A stretch of DNA of 64,000 nucleotides from a bacterium (GTDB lineage: Bacteria; Electryoneota; Electryoneia; Electryoneales; Electryoneaceae): NCBI GenBank assembly GCA_963675295.2, contig CAXXKJ010000002.1:928001-992000 (forward strand), in the 5' to 3' direction. Position 1 is the first letter of the stretch, and every line of letters starts with the position of its first letter. The translations under genes and the position numbers were made by a program. Shown here piece after piece: positions 30,437 through 40,000 of this stretch. The notes beneath the pieces were generated by a model. It saw only the letters and a program-made list of their open reading frames with translations, was not told the origin of the DNA and did no database searches.

Positions 30437-31441
30437 ATGAGAAACACTCCACAAGTCACCCGTCCGCTTCCGGAAAACGCACGGCTGCGTTGTTTCCTGA
30501 TCGGGAACGAGCAACCGTTGCAGCCTGTCGAACTCAGTCCGGGCGAACGTCCGCCGGACGGCGGCGCGCTGCACTGGGTGGATGTACAGGGGGTGACCCG
30601 TGAGCAGCTGGGGCAACTGCTTGCGCACTACGACCTGCACTCGTTGCATGTGGACGCGTTCTCCGAACCGGGGCACCTGTCGCGCGTGGTGCCGATCAAC
30701 GGATCGTTGTTCCTCGAATTCAGCGTGCTCAGCGACTGGGAGCTCGCCTCGCCGCAACGCATCTCCATTTTGCAACGCAAGGATCTGCTGATCACGGTTC
30801 ACGCCGAACCGGTGCAGGGGCTGGAAGACGTGATCAAGCAACTGAGCGTTCAGACTACTGAGTGGAAACGGAACACGTCGGTGCTGCTCTATCACCTGCT
30901 CGACCATCTCGTGGACGATACCTTCCAGCACCTGATGCTGGCGCGTCAGAGCATCGTCGCGTTGAACGACCTGTACGACGAAACGCCGGACCGTCTCGAG
31001 GATCAGGACATTCACGGTACGCGGCGTTCGATCAGCCGGCTGGCGATCGCGTGCGAGGACCAGTATTACGTCATCTCTTCGCTACAGACCCTGGAGCAGG
31101 ACATTCTCGACCTGGAGTTGCCGCGAGAGTACATGCGTGATTTGCTCAGCCATGCGCAGTATGCGAACCGGTACGTGACCCGTCTGGATGACCGCGCGAA
31201 AGAACTGAAGTTTCTCATCTCGACGAACCTGCAGTTGCGTTCGGAAGGGCGGTTGCGAGTGCTGACGGTGATAATGGCGATCTTCACACCGCTAACCTTC
31301 CTCGCCGGGATTTACGGGATGAACTTCCACCACATGCCGGAACTCGGGTGGCAGTACGGATATTACGGTATCCTCAGCCTGATGGGACTGGTGGCGGTGG
31401 GACTGTTGTTCTTCTTCTGGCGGCGGGGCTGGTTTGATTGA
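30437..31441 (+). CDS. corA: CorA-family Mg2+/Co2+ transporter
   Basis: LTVI..IF.PLTFLAGIYGMNF.HMPEL.W..GY; two C-terminal TM helices. Confidence 0.88.
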   Translation: MRNTPQVTRPLPENARLRCFLIGNEQPLQPVELSPGERPPDGGALHWVDVQGVTREQLGQLLAHYDLHSLHVDAFSEPGHLSRVVPINGSLFLEFSVLSDWELASPQRISILQRKDLLITVHAEPVQGLEDVIKQLSVQTTEWKRNTSVLLYHLLDHLVDDTFQHLMLARQSIVALNDLYDETPDRLEDQDIHGTRRSISRLAIACEDQYYVISSLQTLEQDILDLELPREYMRDLLSHAQYANRYVTRLDDRAKELKFLISTNLQLRSEGRLRVLTVIMAIFTPLTFLAGIYGMNFHHMPELGWQYGYYGILSLMGLVAVGLLFFFWRRGWFD

Positions 31442-31574
31442 GATGGGGGGTGATTTGATTGAGATGGGGGTTGGTGCCCGTGATTGACCGCCGGTGAGTT
31501 TCGGCGGCTATCGCGGGTCATCCGCAATGTCCAGGATTATCCCGACGAGCAAGCTCGTCGGGGCACACAGGCAT

Positions 31575-31650
31575 GCCCTCGGGCTTCAGCCCGGGAATTG
31601 CGGAAAGTCAAGCAACCACCGTGTCCACGCCCTCGGACTTCAGTCCGGGA
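31575..31650. repeat. Two tandem REP-like hairpins
   Basis: GCCCTCGGGCTTCAGCCCGGGA (31575-31596) and GCCCTCGGACTTCAGTCCGGGA (31629-31650). Confidence 0.75.
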
Positions 31651-31670
31651 TCATCTCACGTCGAACATTT

Positions 31671-31697
31671 CCGCAGCCCGCAGCCCGCAGCCCAGTC
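31671..31697 (-). repeat. Heptamer repeat directly after the permease stop codon
   Basis: (CCGCAGC)x3 on +, i.e. GCTGCGG x3 on the coding strand. Confidence 0.7.
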
Positions 31698-34136
31698 TTA
31701 CTCATGCCGCAGGGCCTTGACCGGATGCACCGACACCGCGCGGAGGGCCTGTGTTGTCACCACGGCGAGCGCGATCAGCAGCGCCAGCACGCCGGCTATG
31801 AGGAACAGGTCGAGGCTCAAAGCTGTCCGGTAGGCGAAGGTTTCCAGCCAGCGATTCATCCCGTACCACGCCAGCGGCCACGCGATCAGGGTCGCGATTC
31901 CGACTAGCAGAGCGAACTCCCGGTTGAGCATCACGATGATCTGGCCCGCGCTCGCGCCGAGGGTTTTGCGGATGCCGATTTCCTTGGTCCGGCGTTCGGC
32001 GGTGTACGCCGCCAGCCCGAGCAGTCCGAGACACGCGATGAACACGGCCAAGCCGGCGAACCATGTAAACAGCGTCATCACCTGCTGCTCGCCACGGTAC
32101 AGGTTTTCGAGCCGCTGGTCGAGGAAGTCATACTGGAACGGCCAGTTGGGCCAGTATTCGTCCCAGATATCCTCGAGCAGATTCATCACCGCCATGGTCT
32201 GGCCGGGCGCGGCACCCAACGAGATGTTGCCGCTCCACTGCGGCCGGATGTAGAAGAAGATCGGGGTGATCTCCTGGTGCAACGACTCGAAGTGGAAGTC
32301 CTTGACGATCCCGACGATGGTCATGTCCTGATCGTTGTAGACGATCCGTTTGCCGACGGCGTCGTCCACGTTGCTGTTGCCGGCGACTCGGGCGGCGGTT
32401 TCGTTGATGATGCACGCGCTGGCGGAATCGGTTGCGAGCGCGGGATCGAAATCCCGTCCGGCGACCATCGGGATGTCGTAGACGCGGAAGAAGTCGGCGT
32501 CCACCTTGACGTCCGGGAGACGGATCGGGTACTCGATGATTTCGTCCCCGGCCTCAATCTGTGCCCCGCCGGAATCGAGCAGGCGGCTGGAAGGGATGCG
32601 GCTCGAGGTGGTCGCCGCGATCACGCCCGGATGCGACTGCAACCGTTGCTTGATCAACGGCCAGTCGTTGCGCATCTCGTCATCACCCACCGACATGCGG
32701 ATGATGTTCTCCGTTTCGAAGCCCAGCGTTTTGTGCTGGATGTACTGCATCTGCTTGAGTACCACGCCGACCGCGACGATCAGCCCGACCGAGACGACAA
32801 ATTGGCTGACGACCAGCGCCTTGCGAACAATCGCGCCGCGTTTGCCGTGGGTGAGTTCGCCGCGCAGGATGCGATTCGGCGTGAAGCCGCTGAGGTACAT
32901 CGCCGGGTAGAATCCGGCGAGCAGGGAGACCAGCAGCCAGACACCGATCAGTGCCGGGATGGTCCACAGATTGGTAAACGGTGCGAAGTCGAGTGGGCGT
33001 CCGATCAGATTGTCGAAATAGGGCAGCGCCAGCTCAACGAGAATTACTGCCAGAACCAGCGCCATCGCGGTGATCAGCATCGATTCGCCGAGGAATTGCG
33101 CCAGCAGCATCTTGCGGTTTGCGCCGATGACCTTGCGGAGGCCGACCTCACGAGCGCGCCCCGCAGAACGTGCGGTCGCGAGGTTCATGAAGTTGACGCA
33201 GGCGAGAATCAGGATCGAGATCCCGATCGCAGAGAACAGCCATACGTGCCGGATGTCGCCACGTTGCGTGCGTTCGTCCGCCAGGTGCGAGCGCAGGTGG
33301 ATTGAACTAAGCGGTTGCAGCTTGAGCCGGGTCCAGGAGGAAGCGTAGCCGATGCCGCCGTCCTCGCGTTCGAAGGTGGGCATCCGCTTGTCAAGGAAGC
33401 CGGGCAGTTTCGCTTCGAAGGCGTCCGGGTCGAATCCCTCCGGCACGAGGATGTAGGTGCCGAAATTGTTGCTGCCCCAGTTGTCGCTCTCGAATATGTC
33501 CCATTCCCGTTCGATGGTCGCGAAGGACGCGATCGCGTGCGCGGGCAGGTGCGTGTTGTGCGACATCGTTTCGAAGACGCCGGTGATTTTGACGTCGTAG
33601 GTGTTGTCCAGCTTGACCGTTTCGCCGACAACGTCGGTTCGTCCGAAGATCCGATTCGCGAGATCCTCGGAGAGGAGAACGCAATTCGGGTCAGTCAACG
33701 CCGTCGCCGGATCACCGTGCACCAGCGGCAGGGTGAACACCTCGAAGAAGTCCTGCTCGGCGAACATGTACTGGTCTTCCTGCACGTGCCGGGCGTCCTC
33801 ACCATCACCGGTGCTGAACAGCCACATGCCGCCGTACCAGATCCGGGTTACTTCCTCCAGCTCCGGGAAATCTTCCTGCAGGTACGGGCCGAAGGGTGGC
33901 GCGATATGGCTCAACGCGAGGCTGACCTCACCATTCGGGTTGAGGAAGTCGCGCACGACGCGGTAGATCCGGTCCGCGTGTTCGTGTTGCTGGTCGTAGG
34001 AGAGTTCGTCCTGCACATACAGCCCGATCAGGAGGCAGACGGCAATGCCGACCGCAAGTCCGAGCACGTTGATCAGGGAATAGACTCGATGCTTGCGCAG
34101 GTTTCGCCAGGCGATCTTGAGGTAGCTGGTCAGCAT
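31698..34136 (-). CDS. MacB/FtsX-type ABC permease (duplicated-domain type)
   Basis: YLKIAWRNL...YSLIN.LGLA.G, ACVNFMNLATARS..RAREVGLRKV.GA, RTKEIGIRK.LGAS, P..ALRHE. Confidence 0.92.
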   Translation of the reverse strand: MLTSYLKIAWRNLRKHRVYSLINVLGLAVGIAVCLLIGLYVQDELSYDQQHEHADRIYRVVRDFLNPNGEVSLALSHIAPPFGPYLQEDFPELEEVTRIWYGGMWLFSTGDGEDARHVQEDQYMFAEQDFFEVFTLPLVHGDPATALTDPNCVLLSEDLANRIFGRTDVVGETVKLDNTYDVKITGVFETMSHNTHLPAHAIASFATIEREWDIFESDNWGSNNFGTYILVPEGFDPDAFEAKLPGFLDKRMPTFEREDGGIGYASSWTRLKLQPLSSIHLRSHLADERTQRGDIRHVWLFSAIGISILILACVNFMNLATARSAGRAREVGLRKVIGANRKMLLAQFLGESMLITAMALVLAVILVELALPYFDNLIGRPLDFAPFTNLWTIPALIGVWLLVSLLAGFYPAMYLSGFTPNRILRGELTHGKRGAIVRKALVVSQFVVSVGLIVAVGVVLKQMQYIQHKTLGFETENIIRMSVGDDEMRNDWPLIKQRLQSHPGVIAATTSSRIPSSRLLDSGGAQIEAGDEIIEYPIRLPDVKVDADFFRVYDIPMVAGRDFDPALATDSASACIINETAARVAGNSNVDDAVGKRIVYNDQDMTIVGIVKDFHFESLHQEITPIFFYIRPQWSGNISLGAAPGQTMAVMNLLEDIWDEYWPNWPFQYDFLDQRLENLYRGEQQVMTLFTWFAGLAVFIACLGLLGLAAYTAERRTKEIGIRKTLGASAGQIIVMLNREFALLVGIATLIAWPLAWYGMNRWLETFAYRTALSLDLFLIAGVLALLIALAVVTTQALRAVSVHPVKALRHE

Positions 34137-34184
34137 GGGAGGGGGCTCCCGTTAGAGAATTTGGCTGTCTTAACTCTCCCGGGG

Positions 34185-34232
34185 AAAAAGAAACTGCGGG
34201 GAGACGACGTGTCTGACTCGTCATCTCCCCGC
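34185..34232 (-). terminator. Terminator-like hairpin inside the 5' leader of the minus-strand permease
   Basis: GCGGGGAGA...TCTCCCCGC stem with inner GACG/CGTC pairing; AGTTTCTTTTT follows on the minus strand. Confidence 0.7.
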
Positions 34233-34350
34233 GCTGTATATGGGGAGAGCGGGAGGGGGCTGGCACCACAAACGGGGGTGTGGGGGTGCACTGCGCAACG
34301 GAACTGTCGGAACGCTTGCGGACCAACTCCCCTCCCGCAACAAACTCTCT

Positions 34351-34367
34351 AGCAAGCTGCGTTCCAA
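34351..34367 (-). promoter_or_regulatory. sigma54 -24/-12 promoter (leftward)
   Basis: Minus strand reads TTGGAAC-GCAGC-TTGCT, i.e. GG-N10-GC. Confidence 0.7.
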
Positions 34368-34440
34368 TTGTCAGACGACGCCGTATCCGTTGTGGTTACA
34401 GGGCTCGTCTCCGGAGGAGTCTGCCGAGAGGCGGGGGGAT

Positions 34441-34478
34441 GTGTACGCTGGCGTACACTTGCGTACAGCAACCGGACA
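34441..34478. promoter_or_regulatory. Candidate enhancer (UAS) sites for the NtrC-family activator
   Basis: Perfect inverted repeat GTGTACGC-TG-GCGTACAC plus an adjacent degenerate copy ending in CGGACA. Confidence 0.6.
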
Positions 34479-34530
34479 CTTGCGCGCCGGACACGACGCA
34501 AAAACCCTTGCCAGGCGTAGAAAAACGATT

Positions 34531-34546
34531 CGGCACGGCGTTGGCG
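34531..34546 (+). promoter_or_regulatory. sigma54 -24/-12 promoter (rightward, efflux operon)
   Basis: CGGCAC-GGCGT-TGGC, i.e. GG-N10-GC, about 45 nt before ATG 34591. Confidence 0.55.
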
Positions 34547-34590
34547 TACGCAACGATAACGAACGCCAATAGCCGGCAGACAGGAGAACG

Positions 34591-35844
34591 ATGGATCGCC
34601 CAATCAAAAAGAAGAAGTGGACCGTGAAGCGCATCATCACCTGGGGTGGTGGCGCGGTGCTCGTGGTTCTTGTGATCTACAACCTCTTCTTTGTCGAACA
34701 CCTGAGCACGCTCGCAGTCGCCCAGGAGCGTCTGACGCTATCCGAGGTCGAGGAGGGGCTGTACCTCGACTTCATCCTCGCGAACGGGACCGTGATGCCG
34801 TTGAACACGGTCTACCTCGACGCCGTCGAGGGCGGACAGGTGGAAGAGATCTTCGTGATGGAAGGCGAAGTGCTAGAGGAAGGCGAACCGATCCTGCGTC
34901 TCGACAACACCAGTCTGCGCATGGACATCATGTACCGCGAGGCGGAGCAGTTCCAGCAGATCAACAACTTGCAGAACACGCGTCTGACGATGGAGCAGCG
35001 CAGCCTCGATCTGCGCGGCCAGTTGCTGCAGCTCGACCTGCAGATCGGCGAAGCCCGGCGTCAATACCAGCGCGACAGCACCCTGTATACCAAGGGACTG
35101 GTCAGCGAATTCGATTACCAGGACACGCGCGATAACTACACGTACCTCAGCAAACGTCGCCAGCTGACCCTCGAGAATCACCGCACCGATTCGCTTTTCC
35201 GTGCGCAGCAGATTGAGCAGCTGGAAGCGGGTGTGGCGCGCATGCGTGCGAACCTTGAAGTGGTCAAGCAGCGGCTCGACCGTCTGACCCTGCGTGCGCC
35301 GATTGCTGGCCAGTTGACGCAGTTGAACGCCGAGCTCGGTCAGTCGATGGGCCAGGGCCAGCGTATCGGACAGATCGACCGGCTGGACGGATTCAAGATT
35401 CGCGGCTCCATCGATGAACACTACATCGCGCGCATCAATCGCGGCCTGCGTGGTGTGTTCGACTTCGCGGGGCGGACGCATGAGTTACGGATCACGCGCG
35501 TGTACCCGGAGGTATCCGGCGGACGGTTCGAGGTGGACATGGAGTTTGCCAACGGTGTCCCTGAGGGGTTGCGCCGTGGCCAGACCGTGCGTCTCAACAT
35601 CGAATTGGGCCAGCCGAGTGAGGCGTTGCTGATCTCACGTGGTGGATTCTACCAGAGCACCGGCGGCCAGTGGGTGTTTGTCGTCAATGCGGACACCAGC
35701 GAAGCGGTCCGGCGTCCGATCCAGATCGGGCGGCAGAACCGTGAACACTACGAGGTGCTGAGCGGGCTCGAACCGGGCGAGGTGGTGATTACGAGTAGCT
35801 ACGACACGTTCGGCGACGTCGAACGGTTGACCATACGGAACTAG
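34591..35844 (+). CDS. Efflux membrane-fusion (periplasmic adaptor) protein
   Basis: MDRPIKKKKW + TM; LDAVEGG.VE, coiled-coil hairpin, RAPI.GQL, IDEHYI.R, GRQN...YEVLSGL.PGE.VITSSY. Confidence 0.9.
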   Translation: MDRPIKKKKWTVKRIITWGGGAVLVVLVIYNLFFVEHLSTLAVAQERLTLSEVEEGLYLDFILANGTVMPLNTVYLDAVEGGQVEEIFVMEGEVLEEGEPILRLDNTSLRMDIMYREAEQFQQINNLQNTRLTMEQRSLDLRGQLLQLDLQIGEARRQYQRDSTLYTKGLVSEFDYQDTRDNYTYLSKRRQLTLENHRTDSLFRAQQIEQLEAGVARMRANLEVVKQRLDRLTLRAPIAGQLTQLNAELGQSMGQGQRIGQIDRLDGFKIRGSIDEHYIARINRGLRGVFDFAGRTHELRITRVYPEVSGGRFEVDMEFANGVPEGLRRGQTVRLNIELGQPSEALLISRGGFYQSTGGQWVFVVNADTSEAVRRPIQIGRQNREHYEVLSGLEPGEVVITSSYDTFGDVERLTIRN

Positions 35845-35909
35845 AACGGTAGCCGGTTGTCGGTAGTCGGTAACTGAAGCCGTGTCATTGTGGTCCTCTG
35901 AACAGGACC

Positions 35910-35940
35910 GAGAGACAAAAGACAAGAGACAAGAGACGAC
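35910..35940 (+). repeat. Heptamer repeat (RRRAGAC)
   Basis: GAGAGAC AAAAGAC AAGAGAC AAGAGAC. Confidence 0.7.
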
Positions 35941-35957
35941 ATAGAGAGGGACCAGCG

Positions 35958-36716
35958 ATGCCAGTCGATACCAACGTCGAGGTCAAGGAAACGGTGAAGC
36001 AGGTGGATCTGCCTGATACCCGCGCGCTGATGCGCACCAACGACCTGAAGAAAGTGTACACCACGGAAGAAGTTGAGACGACCGCGTTGAACGGCGTCAG
36101 CATCCAGATCAACCAGGGCGAGTTTGTCGCGATCATGGGCCCGTCCGGTTGCGGCAAGTCGACGCTGCTGAATGTGCTTGGTTTGCTCGACAACCCGTCA
36201 GGCGGGGAATATCACTTCCTCGATCAGGATGTCAGCCGTCACGGCGAACGTCAGCTCGCCAACCTGCGCAAACGCAACATCGGCTTCGTCTTCCAGAGCT
36301 TTAACCTGATCGATGAGCTGACTGTGTTCGAGAACGTCGAGCTGCCGTTGCTGTATCTCGGTGTCAGCGCGTCCGACCGCAAGGCGCGGGTAACGGAAGC
36401 GTTGGAGAAGATGCAGATCATGCACCGCCAGAAGCATTTCCCGCAGCAGTTGTCCGGTGGTCAGCAGCAGCGTGTTGCGGTGGCGCGTGCCGTGGTTGCA
36501 AGGCCGAAGATCATCCTCGCGGACGAGCCGACCGGTAACCTCGACTCCGCGCACGGTGACGAAGTCATGGGCCTGCTGCAGCAACTGCACAACGAAGGCA
36601 CGACGATCGTGATGGTCACCCACTCCCCGGCCTACGCCGAATACGCGCAGCGGGTGATTCACCTGTTCGACGGTCAGGTTGTGACGGAGAATATCGCCGA
36701 CCGGCCGTTGCTCTAA
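35958..36716 (+). CDS. ABC ATP-binding protein (MacB/LolD type)
   Basis: [34 protein letters not shown]. Confidence 0.95.
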   Translation: MPVDTNVEVKETVKQVDLPDTRALMRTNDLKKVYTTEEVETTALNGVSIQINQGEFVAIMGPSGCGKSTLLNVLGLLDNPSGGEYHFLDQDVSRHGERQLANLRKRNIGFVFQSFNLIDELTVFENVELPLLYLGVSASDRKARVTEALEKMQIMHRQKHFPQQLSGGQQQRVAVARAVVARPKIILADEPTGNLDSAHGDEVMGLLQQLHNEGTTIVMVTHSPAYAEYAQRVIHLFDGQVVTENIADRPLL

Positions 36717-36794
36717 TCGACTCAGTACCGCGGGATTCCAAGCCCGGAGTCCCGCGGCCTGTTGTTTCACCCCCATCCCCGGAGACACTTCGCC

Positions 36795-37538
36795 ATGAGT
36801 GAAACGATGACCATGGACAGTAAAGCAGGCGCGGCGGGCCTGAAACACGACCAACCGCTCATCGAAGTGATTGATCTGTTCAAGTATTACGCCAACAACT
36901 TCGTCAAGACGTATGTGCTGCAGGACGTCACGCTGAGCATCGCGGACGGCGAATTCCTCTCGATCATGGGGCCGTCCGGTGCTGGCAAGTCGACGCTGCT
37001 GCACATCCTCGGCATGCTCGACGAAGCGAATCAGGGCCAGTACCTGTTCCTCAACGAACCGGTGCATCGTTTCAACGAGAAGCGCCGCACCGCGCTGCAC
37101 CGGGAACACGTCGGGTTCATCTTCCAGGCGTACCACCTGATCGACGACCTAACGGTGTACGAAAACCTCGAGACACCGTTGCTGTACAAAAAGGTGAAGG
37201 GCAGTGAACGCAAGGGTCTGGTCAACGACACCCTCGACCGGTTCAACATCGTGGCGAAGAAAGACCTGTTCCCACATCAGTTGTCCGGCGGCCAGCAGCA
37301 GCTGGTGGCGGTCGCGCGGGCGTTGATCACCCGTCCGAAGGTGATTTTCGCGGACGAACCGACCGGCAACTTGAACAGTAAGCAGGGCACGGAGATCATG
37401 GAGATGCTCGCGCAGCTGAACCGGGAGGAGGGTACGACGATCGTGCAGGTGACGCACGATGAAGTCAAGGCCCGCTACGGCCACCGCGTGATCCACCTGC
37501 TCGACGGGCGGATCGAACGGGAAGAGATCGTCAGTTAA
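36795..37538 (+). CDS. Second ABC ATP-binding protein (MacB/LolD type)
   Basis: [28 protein letters not shown]; start ATG 36795. Confidence 0.93.
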   Translation: MSETMTMDSKAGAAGLKHDQPLIEVIDLFKYYANNFVKTYVLQDVTLSIADGEFLSIMGPSGAGKSTLLHILGMLDEANQGQYLFLNEPVHRFNEKRRTALHREHVGFIFQAYHLIDDLTVYENLETPLLYKKVKGSERKGLVNDTLDRFNIVAKKDLFPHQLSGGQQQLVAVARALITRPKVIFADEPTGNLNSKQGTEIMEMLAQLNREEGTTIVQVTHDEVKARYGHRVIHLLDGRIEREEIVS

Positions 37539-37549
37539 CCGGAAATTCC

Positions 37550-39973
37550 ATGCTACGTAATTTCATCACCATCGCCTTGCGTGTCCTCTGGCGGCAGAAG
37601 CTGTACGCCGGGATCAACCTGCTCGGACTGTCCATCGCGATTGCGTTGTCGCTGCTGGTCGCGTTGTTCGTCGTGGAGGAATACAGCTACGACCGGTTCC
37701 ACGTGAATGCGGACCGTATTTACCTCATGAACCAGCATGAGAACCCGCCGGATCGTGACGAGTTCGGGTTCAATTCGACACCGTTCATCCTGGGGCCCTC
37801 ACTGCTGGAACAGAGTTCCGAGGTCGAACACGTCGTGCGAATGGCTGGCAGGCACTCTCGCGCGAAGGCAGGTGACCGGGCGTTTGAGCTTGAACTGTCA
37901 TTTGTCGATTCCTCGTTCTTCGACGTATTCAGTTTTGAGCTGCTGGAGTCGAATGCGGACAACCCGTTGCGGAATCTGAGTGGCGTGGTGTTGAAGGAAT
38001 CCATCGCCAGGCGGTTCTTCGGAAATGGGCCGTGGGTTGGCGAGTCGTTGCTGCTCGAACTGGAAGGTGAGGAACACGAATTCACCGTCTCCGGGGTAAC
38101 CGCTGATCCGCCGGCCACGTCAAGTATTGACTACCAGATTCTGGTTCCGATGGACGTGATCCGAAACGTTGTCAGCGACGATTTCCTGGCGGCGTGGATG
38201 ATCATCTGGCCGCAGACTTATGTCATGTTGCGCGAGGGTGCGAGCACCGCGCAATTCGATCAGGCGTTGCAGGCGATGTACGAAACGCACGATTTCGAAG
38301 GGCGTTTCGGCGATGCCGCTCCCTGGTACGAGTATGTCCCGCTGAAGGATTTTCACCTGCATGCTGAATTTGCCAGCCGCACGCTGAAGACCAGCAGCCC
38401 GGTCTACAGTCAGATCCTGCTCGGGATTGCGTTCCTGATTCTGGTGGTTGCGTCGGTCAATTACACCAGCCTCGCGCTTGGGCGTTCAGTGACCCGTTCG
38501 AAGGAAGTCGGGTTGCGCAAGGTGATGGGTGCCCAGGCGAGCCAGTTGCGGCGGCAGTTCCTCGGTGAGTCGCTCCTGCTGGCGTCGCTGGCGGTGCCGG
38601 TTGCGTGGGTGCTGGCCGAGCTGGCGTTGCCGTGGTTCAACAACGTGGCTGGGCGTGAGCTGAGTTTGACCATGAGCCCTTTGATCGGCGGGATTCTGCT
38701 TGGCCTGGTGCTGCTGATCGGTTTCAGTTCCGGTTTGTACCCGGCAGTGGTGCTCGCACGCTACAACCCGCAACGTGTGTTCAAGGGGGAATCGGCAATC
38801 GGTGGCGGCAGTCGTTTCATTCGCGGTCTTGTCGTGTTGCAGTACTGCCTCGCGGCGTTTCTTTTGATCGGCACCTTCCTGATGGGGCAGCAGCTCCAGT
38901 ACCTGCTCAACCGTGACCTCGGCTACGACGAATCACACGTTGTCAATCTCGCGACCAGTATTCGTTCGAGTGAGACGGCCAACGAACTGGTCGCCCGGTT
39001 CAAGGACAAGGCATTGCAGATTCCTGGTGTGCAGGAGGTTTCGGCGGTGTCGAACACCTTTGGCGGACCATGGGGGCAGGTCGGATTCAACACCGACGAT
39101 GGCCGTTTCATGCAGGTGTATGTCAACAGCATCGACCCGGATCTGTTCGAGACGATGGACTTTGAACTTGTTGCCGGCCGGGAGTATTCGCAGGATCGCC
39201 CCGCCGATTTCGTCAGCGGGATCATCGTCAACGAAGCGATGGTCAAGTTCATGGGTTGGTCCGAACCGCTCGGCCAACGCCTGCCGTGTTCCGAGATGGA
39301 AGCGCACGAAGTCATCGGTGTCGTCAAGGACTTCAATTTCGAAAGTCTGCACAGTACGGTTGAACCGTTAGTGCTGTTCGTCGAACACACCGCGCTCGCT
39401 CCCGGAATCAATGACATACTGAACTATCCGGGTGTGCGCAACCAACTGCTGGTGCGTCTTGACGGAGCCGACATTTCAGCCACGATGAAGCAGCTTGAGG
39501 CTGCGTGGTTTCAAGCCGCACCAGAGCAGCCGTTCGTGCCAGAATTCCTCGAGGACTATCTCAACGCGTACTACCAGAACGAACGTACGATGAGTGGCGT
39601 TGTCCGGGTGGCGTCGATGTTGACGGTACTGATTGCCGCGATGGGTCTGTTCGGACTGGTGTCGCTGGCGGTTGCACGACGGACGAAGGAGATCGGTGTG
39701 CGCAAGGTGCTGGGTGCGTCTGTGCCGCAGATCCTGACGTTGATGGCGCGTGAATTCTCGATCCTGATCCTTGTTGCGACGGTTTTGGCGTGGCCACTGA
39801 GCTGGTTCGCTGCTCAGCGATGGCTGGGTGGGTTCGCGTACCGGATTGAGCTGAATCCACTGGTATTTGCCGTGGTCACGTTGTCGCTGCTGGTCATGAG
39901 CTGGCTGACAATTGTGTTGTTGTCGCTACGCACCGCGATGCGCAATCCCGCACACGCGTTGCGTTACGAGTAA
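37550..39973 (+). CDS. MacB/FtsX-type ABC permease
   Basis: Same motif set as 31698..34136; ends ALRYE. Confidence 0.92.
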   Translation: MLRNFITIALRVLWRQKLYAGINLLGLSIAIALSLLVALFVVEEYSYDRFHVNADRIYLMNQHENPPDRDEFGFNSTPFILGPSLLEQSSEVEHVVRMAGRHSRAKAGDRAFELELSFVDSSFFDVFSFELLESNADNPLRNLSGVVLKESIARRFFGNGPWVGESLLLELEGEEHEFTVSGVTADPPATSSIDYQILVPMDVIRNVVSDDFLAAWMIIWPQTYVMLREGASTAQFDQALQAMYETHDFEGRFGDAAPWYEYVPLKDFHLHAEFASRTLKTSSPVYSQILLGIAFLILVVASVNYTSLALGRSVTRSKEVGLRKVMGAQASQLRRQFLGESLLLASLAVPVAWVLAELALPWFNNVAGRELSLTMSPLIGGILLGLVLLIGFSSGLYPAVVLARYNPQRVFKGESAIGGGSRFIRGLVVLQYCLAAFLLIGTFLMGQQLQYLLNRDLGYDESHVVNLATSIRSSETANELVARFKDKALQIPGVQEVSAVSNTFGGPWGQVGFNTDDGRFMQVYVNSIDPDLFETMDFELVAGREYSQDRPADFVSGIIVNEAMVKFMGWSEPLGQRLPCSEMEAHEVIGVVKDFNFESLHSTVEPLVLFVEHTALAPGINDILNYPGVRNQLLVRLDGADISATMKQLEAAWFQAAPEQPFVPEFLEDYLNAYYQNERTMSGVVRVASMLTVLIAAMGLFGLVSLAVARRTKEIGVRKVLGASVPQILTLMAREFSILILVATVLAWPLSWFAAQRWLGGFAYRIELNPLVFAVVTLSLLVMSWLTIVLLSLRTAMRNPAHALRYE

Positions 39974-40000
39974 AGTCGTTTCCCGGGGGAGGGACCGGAC

